This document shows positions 38,638 through 45,605 of a stretch of DNA of 45,605 nt, piece by piece. The stretch is taken from positions 1 to 45,605 of the IMG/VR virus record IMGVR_UViG_3300036546_000202; one strand, written 5' to 3'. This DNA comes from a virus. Lineage: Duplodnaviria > Caudoviricetes. A program made the translations under genes and the position numbers. A model generated the notes under the pieces. It did no database searches and had not been told where the DNA came from. It saw only the letters and a program-made list of their open reading frames with translations. Every line of letters begins with the position of its first letter. Position 1 is the first letter of the stretch.

Positions 38638-39055
38638 CTTTCCTCCTTAAACTGAGGACTACTCCAGATCTGACAAAAACCCAGGATGCTGCAAAGGCTA
38701 AAGCAACATTGCCGCTAGCGCCTGCAGGTGGCGTGTAAACACTAGCAAAGATGCCTATAACAACAAACCACCACAAGATTGCGTTAAATCCTGCGAAAAC
38801 TATTGAAAAGAAAGAATGAAAGGAATGGCAAAGAAGGATAAAAAGCTGAATAGAGGCGACAATCAAGAATAAGACACCCCAGCAAAATTCAGGCATGAGG
38901 AAATTGAGCCAATCGTAGCCTTGGGAGGAAAAGGTCTCCCCTGGAGAGATTAACGAGAGTCCCCAAAAAAGTTCCGCTAAAAACAACGCAAGTCTGATAT
39001 TGAGCAGCTCCGACGACGCCACCATAAAGGTCATTCGATCTTTAAATCGTTTCAT
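38630..39055 (-). CDS. Four-TM membrane protein (holin candidate)
   Basis: Four hydrophobic segments and a charged C-terminus (RRKDE). Confidence 0.55.
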   Translation of the reverse strand: MKRFKDRMTFMVASSELLNIRLALFLAELFWGLSLISPGETFSSQGYDWLNFLMPEFCWGVLFLIVASIQLFILLCHSFHSFFSIVFAGFNAILWWFVVIGIFASVYTPPAGASGNVALAFAASWVFVRSGVVLSLRRKDE

Positions 39056-39094
39056 CAGTCCACCTATCTTTGAATCAATCCCACCCTTCTCATT

Positions 39095-39595
39095 TCATTC
39101 TACTGACACACGGCCATTGCCATCGGACAGCTGTAGATAAGAATAGCTATCTTTATAAAAGCTCTTCTGATTTTCAGGGCACCATATTCGCTTGTCTTTT
39201 CTGCTATAGTACAGCCAGCCTGCGCTTCTCACTGCCGCATATACTAGCCACGCCCTCCATTTAGGCATGTTTTGCTGCAGGCAGAAATCATACAGCACCT
39301 CGTCAGACTGTTTTCTACTAACTGCTGCAGTACCACCTATAGCGGGTAAACAATAAAGAGCGTCATGTACGATAGCTGGTATTTTGATATGCCCAGCCTT
39401 TGTCACAACACTTCTTAGCGCCCTTGGGATACTTGCACCATCATACACGAACCACTCGCCAACAGTAATTGTTTTCTGCAGTCTAGCTGACCAGAATACC
39501 CATGGTTTCAGTACAACAAGCTCTTCAGGGCTTTCTGAGTGGACGTAGGGGACACTAACTCCCCATTGAAGAATCTGATCGACCTCTTTGTTCAT
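39095..39595 (-). CDS. DUF1353-family protein
   Basis: F.YDGASIPR...AIVHDALY...SRKQSD..L...AVR motif. Confidence 0.8.
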   Translation of the reverse strand: MNKEVDQILQWGVSVPYVHSESPEELVVLKPWVFWSARLQKTITVGEWFVYDGASIPRALRSVVTKAGHIKIPAIVHDALYCLPAIGGTAAVSRKQSDEVLYDFCLQQNMPKWRAWLVYAAVRSAGWLYYSRKDKRIWCPENQKSFYKDSYSYLQLSDGNGRVSVE

Positions 39596-40095
39596 AACAT
39601 GGCACCTATCTTGATAGCGGTATCAGCGAGCCTGAGTGCAGTTTGTAATGCAGTATTAGCTTCAAGAGCTGAAACCAGCCGCGAAAATTCCTTATCAAGA
39701 TGAATAGCAGCAGCATCAAACTCCTCAAATACCTGCCATTCCTCAGGCGTGTACTCATCTCGGTTGTCGAGCACTACCTGCCTGATGCTGAGATATGAAG
39801 ACTTGATCTTGGCATACTCAAAGCTAACCAGAGTGATGTCGGTCACAACCCGCTCAGGATCATCTGCGAGGGCTTTTAAGCGTGACTTAGAACGATCAAT
39901 CTGATCCAGAGCCTCCAACACTATCGTCACCTCCAGGTCGGTCAACTCCGCGTTGTCGATGAAATCAACTGCTTCGCCAGATTCATAGTGATATGAAAGA
40001 TCGGCAGCGGAGCTGATAATCGACAGCGTGTTAGCAGGCTGCAGAGAGCAACCGACCATCAAAGTTACTAAGCTACAAATAGCAAGCCCTTTCAT
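39592..40095 (-). CDS. Predicted lipoprotein
   Basis: Signal peptide with lipobox-like LMVG-C; helical body. Confidence 0.65.
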   Translation of the reverse strand: MKGLAICSLVTLMVGCSLQPANTLSIISSAADLSYHYESGEAVDFIDNAELTDLEVTIVLEALDQIDRSKSRLKALADDPERVVTDITLVSFEYAKIKSSYLSIRQVVLDNRDEYTPEEWQVFEEFDAAAIHLDKEFSRLVSALEANTALQTALRLADTAIKIGAML

Positions 40096-40649
40096 AGTTT
40101 AGTTGCCTCTATCTTTGCCACGTACTCATCCCGCACCAGTTCATTGATCCGGCTCTGCCGATGAATCATGTTCTGCAGCACGGCATCCATATCCTCAAAA
40201 GACCCGCGCAGTACCGCTTGTCCTGAGTCAATTGCCAGAAGCACCGCCTGGGCGCGAGGCAAGTAACGATCCCGGTCTTCCTGCGACATGGGGTCACCAC
40301 CCAGATAATCGGCTGACAGGCGCGCAAGCATCACATACAAGAATTCAATGATTTTGCTCTGGTCAGCAATCAGGTCGTGCAGATCGCCAATTTCGCCAGT
40401 AACGCGTTTGCGCAACCCCTGCTTCAACGCCGCTGCCATCTGGCTCTTTTTGATCAGATCGGACACGTCAACTGCCGGCTCTTCGCGCAGGTCAATCCCT
40501 GCGTGCTGCTCGGCAGCTGCTGTACCCACGTACCAGTGCCGCCCGTCACGCTCCCCGATGTAGTTCAGGCTGCTATCGTCAGCCGCCTTGGGTCGAAGGC
40601 TTGTACCGTTCGGCCCTGTTGTATCAACATGCAATGCTGAGTAGATCAT
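40092..40649 (-). CDS. Hypothetical protein, likely fibre-associated, in the GC-richer DGR module
   Basis: 185-aa ORF overlapping the end of RT. Confidence 0.7.
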   Translation of the reverse strand: MIYSALHVDTTGPNGTSLRPKAADDSSLNYIGERDGRHWYVGTAAAEQHAGIDLREEPAVDVSDLIKKSQMAAALKQGLRKRVTGEIGDLHDLIADQSKIIEFLYVMLARLSADYLGGDPMSQEDRDRYLPRAQAVLLAIDSGQAVLRGSFEDMDAVLQNMIHRQSRINELVRDEYVAKIEATKL

Positions 40650-41646
40650 TGTTCACGCTCTCCCGCTGAATGCGCTCTATAAAGTATCGGTGCGAGGCCG
40701 TATGCTTCGCGTTTGCCAGTATGCTGCGAACGCTGTCGATCTTCTCGGCACGCAGCGCCTTTGAGAAATTGCTCATTGATCGGCGCCGGACGAAACGTGT
40801 TGATCGCCAGGTGCGAAACCCCACGAAATTGATGCCCTGCTTCACCTTGGCAATGCGCCACTTGGATAACTTCAGCTCCAGGTTATCCGCCAACCACTGC
40901 TCAAGGTGTGCTTTCAAATCACGCGCTTCAGCCAGCGTAAGACCAACCAATACGAAGTCATCAACATAGCGCAGATAGCGCTTAATCTTGAGGTGCCGCT
41001 TGATGTGGTGGTCCATCCGATCCAGATAGATCAGTCCAAACAGCTGACTTAGTAGGTTGCCGATAAATAGCCCGGTACCACCAGCGCCGACAAACTGCAT
41101 CATTAAGTCAACCACTCGAGGGTCGCTCACTTTCCTTGCCACGCGCTCCCGCAGCAGGTCGTGGTTGATCGAGTAGTAGAACTTGCGGATATCCAGCTGC
41201 AGGTAATACTCCTCCCCGTCACATTGCCGCATAAACCGCTGCAGTTGATCTGCCGCCCTGTGCGTCCCCTTTCCTATCCGGCAGCCGTAGTTGTCATGGA
41301 TAAAGCCACGGTCAAACACCGGATACACAGCACGGTAAATACTGTGCTGCACCACCGAGTCATAGAATGCCGGAGCGTCGATCACCCGAGGCTTTGGCCC
41401 TGTCACCACAAACTGACGTGTCAGCCTTGGCCGGTAGCTCCCATCCAGCAACGCTTGCCGAGTGGCAATCAGATTCGCGCCCAGGTTGCGCTCGTAACGC
41501 TCTACCGGGCCGCGGTTACGCTTGCCTTTACGTGCATCAAGAAACGCCTGATACAGCGCCTCTTCCGACGCAATGTGTTCAAGAATGGGCATGCTATGTG
41601 ATTCAGAGCAGAGGCCCGCAGAGTTCGCTTTCGCAGGATGAGTCAT
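40624..41646 (-). CDS. brt: DGR reverse transcriptase (start 41646 or internal ATG 41592)
   Basis: GCRIGKGTH, LQLDIRKFYYSI, GLFIGNLLSQ (DGR-type SQ), YLRYVDDF, GINFVGF; adjacent to TR and avd. Confidence 0.96.
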   Translation of the reverse strand: MTHPAKANSAGLCSESHSMPILEHIASEEALYQAFLDARKGKRNRGPVERYERNLGANLIATRQALLDGSYRPRLTRQFVVTGPKPRVIDAPAFYDSVVQHSIYRAVYPVFDRGFIHDNYGCRIGKGTHRAADQLQRFMRQCDGEEYYLQLDIRKFYYSINHDLLRERVARKVSDPRVVDLMMQFVGAGGTGLFIGNLLSQLFGLIYLDRMDHHIKRHLKIKRYLRYVDDFVLVGLTLAEARDLKAHLEQWLADNLELKLSKWRIAKVKQGINFVGFRTWRSTRFVRRRSMSNFSKALRAEKIDSVRSILANAKHTASHRYFIERIQRESVNNDLLSIAC

Positions 41647-41690
41647 CCCTATCTCTCCAGTATTCCTGTTACGGATGTCAGGTTAAAGAA

Positions 41691-41813
41691 ATAGTCCGAG
41701 GCACGCGGCGCAGCGTTGAAGTAGTCGTACGACCGGAAGATGTTGAAGTTCCGGTAGAAAACGCCAGCGCTCGCCGCATTTGTCCAATAGCCGCCAACAA
41801 TCGGGAACATATT
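41691..41813 (-). repeat. DGR template repeat (TR)
   Basis: 123 nt, 113/123 identical to the 3' end of the target gene; non-coding position between avd and RT. Confidence 0.93.
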
Positions 41814-41819
41814 AATGGC

Positions 41820-42197
41820 TCACCCTTTTTGGCTGGCAATCCAGCCACCTATCATGGCGCCCACTTCGTTGATCTTGGCGGAGATCGCAGTGTAGCGCCG
41901 GACAGCCTCCTTCTGAGGCTCACACTTCTCGCTGCGCCGGTACTCGAAATACCCCAGCTCGAATGCCAGATTGAAATACATGCGCAGTTTCTCGTGCTCG
42001 ATATCGAGGTTGGTCAGCGTTGTCTTCTTGTGATAACGCTTCTCGCCCTCAACGATGTAACCATAGATATCGTACAGGCAGCACCTGATCTGCTGTGACA
42101 GCCCGTACTTCTCATGCTTCGGGAAATGATTCAGGTAGACATTCGCCAGCTTGATCATTTCCCGGCTTTTGTGGATCAGGTTGCTGTGTGGATTCAT
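41820..42197 (-). CDS. avd: DGR accessory variability determinant (125 aa; start MNPHSN)
   Basis: FPKHEKYGLSQQIR...LDIEHEKLR...EVGAMIGGW four-helix-bundle signature. Confidence 0.93.
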   Translation of the reverse strand: MNPHSNLIHKSREMIKLANVYLNHFPKHEKYGLSQQIRCCLYDIYGYIVEGEKRYHKKTTLTNLDIEHEKLRMYFNLAFELGYFEYRRSEKCEPQKEAVRRYTAISAKINEVGAMIGGWIASQKG

Positions 42198-42207
42198 GTC
42201 AGTTAAC

Positions 42208-42227
42208 GCCCGCGCTGTCACGCGGGC
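42208..42227 (-). promoter_or_regulatory. DGR target-recognition hairpin/cruciform downstream of VR
   Basis: GCCCGCG-TGACAG-CGCGGGC, 8 nt after the target stop codon; contains a GRNA-type (GACA) loop. Confidence 0.8.
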
Positions 42228-42235
42228 AAACATCC

Positions 42236-44146
42236 TTACTGGAGATAGGCCGAGGCACGCGGCGCAGCGTTGAAGTAGCCGTACGACCGGAAGATCTTGA
42301 AGTTCTGGCAGAAAACGCCAGCGTTCGCCGCATTCGCCCAATAGCCGCCCGCAATCGGGAACATATTGTGCCGGTTGTAACGGTTCAGATAGTCGTTGCC
42401 AAACTGATTTGTTCCTGTCGCACTGGTCGCATTATTGTCTTTCGGGATAAACCCTGCAGTGCTCCATGAGACACCGCTACCTGCCCCATCAATCACTTGA
42501 TTCGACCCATTACCCCAGTACACCACGCCGGTCGTACTGCCCAACGCATGCGGGCTAGTCACACTGTCATACAGCGTGTTCAGGTGCGCTGTATTGCCCC
42601 ACGCATCCGTACTGCCATCCCACCCGGCGGTCAGTGACGCCAGCGCAACGGACTCTTTCAACACGTAGATCGTGTCATTTGTGATTGCAGTTGTGCTGGT
42701 GGCGGAGGTGCCGGGGGCCGTAATACCCAAGGCGCAGTCAAAGAGCGAGCCATTCAGATCAGCTATGCCACAGTTTTGGCCGTTGTGTGTCGTCTTGGCG
42801 AATGGCACACCACTGCCGGCAAGCGGCTTGTCCGCGGTACCCGCGTCACCTGCGGTGGTGAATGTAACACCCGAATCATTTACATCAGACAACGAGCTGT
42901 TGCAGCCTTTCGGGAAGTTAGTCGTGCCGGTGGCGTCATACCAAGCGCAGGCCGCAGTGCCTGTGGCCATTTGGCCGTGAGCAAGTGACAGGATAGCCAG
43001 AGCGCCAAGCATAAACGCCGAACACTGGTTGTACTGACTGCCGCGCGCACGCCCCAGCACCACAGCATCGGCCAGAATCCCGGTGCAGCCAGTCATAGTG
43101 GACGATGGGTTATAGCTGGCGTTTGTGGTTAGGCCGATCGGTGACTGGTTCTTCACCGAAACCGCTGCGTTACCAGACTTACTGTTCAGGTACTTATCAA
43201 AAAAGAAGCCCGACTTCTCTGCACCACCGTCAATAAACGCACGATGCAGCACATACCCTGCCGCATTGGCAGAAGCGGTATCACTGAATTGGTCGATTCC
43301 CGCGATCTCAATGCTGTTAGCGCCGTAGGTCGCGTACTGCGGCGCAGCGACGTTACCAACGCGGTAGTAGAACTTCGGCACAAACACCATGATAGAGCCG
43401 TTGGTGTGCTGGTAGTTGCCGTAATTGTCGTGGGTCGGATCAGTGGTGCCGGTCATCGCCGACAGCCCAGCAGTAGCAAGATCGTCATGCGGGTAAGTAC
43501 CCGCACCGAAACCCTGCTGACCCGCTACGCCGATCAACCCGCCAAAAGTGTCTGCAGTTGTAAATTGCGCCGTGGTCATCCAGCCAGAGATCAGCGAGGC
43601 GCTTTTGTAGCGGACCCGCCAGTAGTACAGCGTGGATTCCACTAATCCATCGACCGTCCAGCTTTCCAAATTCACCGCATCATCCAGTGATTGCGCGATA
43701 ATATTGGTGAACCCGGAGTCTGTCGCCACCTGCCAATCACTGCTGACATGCGCTTCAAAGCCTGCAGGGGTAGTTGCATACATAGACGCAACCAGCTCAA
43801 CAGAACTACCCTGATCAATCGAGCCATTACTGGGCGCAACGAGTGTCGGCGTAACGATACCTGCAGGCTGTATTGGGAATTCCAGTGTGCGCCCGTTGAT
43901 TGTCAGAGTCTCCGTCCCGGCTGTCGCCGGAGCCGCGTAGGTCAGCGTGTCGCCGTCAATAGATACAGTGCCGAGCACAGCCGATACTGTATATTCGGTC
44001 AGACTGTCGTAGTTGGTGATCGTGCCGGTCATCGACTGGGTGATGTAAATTGAGCTGGTAGACCACTGAACCGTAATACTTTTAGTATTTTCTAACTCAC
44101 TCCTTATAGTATTGAACTCTTGCGCTATTCGTGTAGCTAAAGTCAT
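42236..44146 (-). CDS. DGR target protein: adhesin/fibre with Ig/FN3-like domains and C-terminal C-type-lectin-fold variable domain
   Basis: YYWRVRY FN3-like motif; GIADLNG and GGYW...AGVF...R C-terminal CLec pattern containing the VR. Confidence 0.88.
   Translation of the reverse strand: MTLATRIAQEFNTIRSELENTKSITVQWSTSSIYITQSMTGTITNYDSLTEYTVSAVLGTVSIDGDTLTYAAPATAGTETLTINGRTLEFPIQPAGIVTPTLVAPSNGSIDQGSSVELVASMYATTPAGFEAHVSSDWQVATDSGFTNIIAQSLDDAVNLESWTVDGLVESTLYYWRVRYKSASLISGWMTTAQFTTADTFGGLIGVAGQQGFGAGTYPHDDLATAGLSAMTGTTDPTHDNYGNYQHTNGSIMVFVPKFYYRVGNVAAPQYATYGANSIEIAGIDQFSDTASANAAGYVLHRAFIDGGAEKSGFFFDKYLNSKSGNAAVSVKNQSPIGLTTNASYNPSSTMTGCTGILADAVVLGRARGSQYNQCSAFMLGALAILSLAHGQMATGTAACAWYDATGTTNFPKGCNSSLSDVNDSGVTFTTAGDAGTADKPLAGSGVPFAKTTHNGQNCGIADLNGSLFDCALGITAPGTSATSTTAITNDTIYVLKESVALASLTAGWDGSTDAWGNTAHLNTLYDSVTSPHALGSTTGVVYWGNGSNQVIDGAGSGVSWSTAGFIPKDNNATSATGTNQFGNDYLNRYNRHNMFPIAGGYWANAANAGVFCQNFKIFRSYGYFNAAPRASAYLQ
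42245..42367 (-). repeat. DGR variable repeat (VR) with IMH end
   Basis: Aligns to TR without gaps (offset 554 nt). Confidence 0.93.
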
Positions 44147-44700
44147 ACTAGTGCTCCTTCAAAATCTGAAACTGCACCAACCCGGCTATCAATTATACTG
44201 TTTAGGTCTGCTATATTGGCCTTAGCATTCAACTCAGATTGAATTTTCTGGGATGACCAAGTGCTTGTCGTTGTAGTAGTTGAATCGTTAATCGTACCTT
44301 CTGGTACACTAGCTAGTATCTGGGAAACTTGGCCAATGGCCATTACTGCTGCGTCGTCGACATCTTGGATCGCTGTAGCGGTAATCTGCTGCGCTGTTGT
44401 TAATGTTGTTGCCGCATCAAGTGGCATCTCAACATAAGACGCAACCACCTTAACCCCCATCGGGGCCGTTACGTTAACAGCCGATCCCGCAGGAAGGTTG
44501 ATCTTCACGTCTACTGTAGTTGTTTCAGCATCACTAACACTGTAATTAAACTCAACGCCGCCAATCTCAAAGCCGACTGTAGATGCTGATCCTGTGGTGT
44601 TATCAACTAAGATAGAATGAATTGACCCTTCGATTAGGGAGTCAAGTGTGAGTAAATTTTCGACTGATCCGGAACCAGCTACTTGTGTCAGTTTAAACAT
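44143..44700 (-). CDS. Virion fibre-associated protein
   Basis: INDSTTTTTSTWSSQKI motif common in phage fibre proteins. Confidence 0.6.
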   Translation of the reverse strand: MFKLTQVAGSGSVENLLTLDSLIEGSIHSILVDNTTGSASTVGFEIGGVEFNYSVSDAETTTVDVKINLPAGSAVNVTAPMGVKVVASYVEMPLDAATTLTTAQQITATAIQDVDDAAVMAIGQVSQILASVPEGTINDSTTTTTSTWSSQKIQSELNAKANIADLNSIIDSRVGAVSDFEGALV

Positions 44701-44703
44701 GAC

Positions 44704-44976
44704 TTATCCCCCGAATACGATTGCCATAGCGACTGCATGGCTTTTTAAATTATCCCCATTACTACTTGCTAAACTGTCTACTTCAGCTTTGGTGTAGTAG
44801 GTGTCATCGTGATCGTGAGCCACAGGTGTTCTGGCGTCAGATAGGCGAACATCGTCGCTATTGACCTTCTGCCCTAACTCAGTATTGATGTTGAGGAAGT
44901 TCTGGTCAAGCTCCGCATTGGTTAAGAGGTCGCCTTTGGCGCTTGGCCCCACCTCACGAGTGATGATGTTCGCCAT
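44704..44976 (-). CDS. Short fibre-like structural protein
   Basis: KGDLLTNAELDQNF, RLSDARTP.AH.HDD.YYTKAEVD motifs. Confidence 0.65.
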   Translation of the reverse strand: MANIITREVGPSAKGDLLTNAELDQNFLNINTELGQKVNSDDVRLSDARTPVAHDHDDTYYTKAEVDSLASSNGDNLKSHAVAMAIVFGG

Positions 44977-44989
44977 TGTCTTCTCCTAT

Positions 44990-45448
44990 TTACGGCTGGT
45001 CACGTTTAAATTGGATCCCCCAAGTGATGCCAAGAGTATCTGCGGCTTCCTTAGTGACCGTTCCGAATGTCAGTCGAGACAGCATAGTGCCACCAACGTC
45101 TGCGGTAAGCAAAGCTGCTTCGTGCAGAGCGCCGGTGCCGACTCCAGGCCCGAAAGTGGCCATAAATTGGGCAGTGTCGTTAGCGACCTCTGTGGTGACC
45201 TGCGTAGGCGTCTCTACAGCAACTCGTGCAATTTCACCCAGAAGAGCTGTCTGCGTAGGAGCTGTTGCAGTAGCATCAGTGCCGACGGCCATATGGGTCA
45301 CAGGATCAGCAGTGCCAATCAGCCGCCCCGCCAGCAGTGCGAGACCTGCGTCACACACCATATTGAACTTCTTAAAGGCTTTCAGGTTACCTTCGCTGTC
45401 CCAAAGAGAGACTTCTACAGGGCCTACTACGGATGTTTCTTCAATCAT
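44990..45448 (-). CDS. Fibre/baseplate-attachment-like structural protein
   Basis: N.V...G...LA, THMAVGT, LHEAALL, TLGITW pattern. Confidence 0.65.
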   Translation of the reverse strand: MIEETSVVGPVEVSLWDSEGNLKAFKKFNMVCDAGLALLAGRLIGTADPVTHMAVGTDATATAPTQTALLGEIARVAVETPTQVTTEVANDTAQFMATFGPGVGTGALHEAALLTADVGGTMLSRLTFGTVTKEAADTLGITWGIQFKRDQP

Positions 45449-45449
45449 T

Positions 45450-45605
45450 TTATAACTCCAATTTCATACCAACATAGTCTGCCCCTACATAAGAGGCATC
45501 GACATATGTGACCATAGAAAGTTTAAAGACTTCTTTGCCTATTGAGTGTTCCGCAAAATCTCTAGACATTTCTTTAGAAATACTGGACGAGACTTCTGGC
45601 GTACT
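45450..45605 (-). CDS. 3' end of a gene entering from the right edge
   Basis: Open frame ...TYVDASYVGADYVGMKLEL-stop, ending 1 nt before the next ATG. Confidence 0.55.
   Translation of the reverse strand, partial: STPEVSSSISKEMSRDFAEHSIGKEVFKLSMVTYVDASYVGADYVGMKLEL

Noticed and set aside
40624-41646. RT as retron, group II intron or Abi-type RT
   Set aside because: SQ motif, adjacent avd and a TR/VR pair identify it as a DGR RT
41820-42341. 173-aa version of avd starting at 42341
   Set aside because: The extension overlaps VR and the hairpin; the Avd-like sequence starts at ATG 42197
1-45605. tRNA, rRNA or CRISPR arrays
   Set aside because: None recognised; intergenic spaces are short and explained by terminators, repeats or introns. 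A tRNAscan/Infernal run would be needed to exclude them formally.

Overview
This window is a 45.6-kb segment of a tailed (siphovirus-type) phage genome, and essentially all real genes lie on the minus strand. Read in the direction of transcription (right to left), it contains: fibre/adhesin-like genes; a complete diversity-generating retroelement (target gene with VR, hairpin, avd, TR, RT); membrane/lipoprotein genes; portal; a giant split gene; scaffold; major capsid; head-tail joining and tail genes (tape measure with an embedded lysozyme, tail tip, fibre); a GNAT-like gene; an M15-type endolysin; small AT-rich genes behind 36-bp repeats; a T7-like RNA polymerase; SSB; a DUF3310-like gene; and a family A DNA polymerase running off the left edge. 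The main observation is the split gene at 28471-36381. It can be spliced by hand into one frame of 1885 aa (1544 aa after intein removal), in which a MuF/SPP1-gp7 minor head protein is fused to a complete T7-like single-subunit RNA polymerase. It is interrupted by one LAGLIDADG intein and three related group I introns; two encode HNH endonucleases and one keeps only a 4-codon vestige of its ORF. The phage therefore encodes two single-subunit RNAPs, one probably packaged in the head through MuF (inference), and two candidate promoter classes are visible. The DGR template repeat is atypical: it is AAC-poor and half of its TR/VR mismatches are not at adenines. All calls rest on motif recognition by eye; no database search was run.
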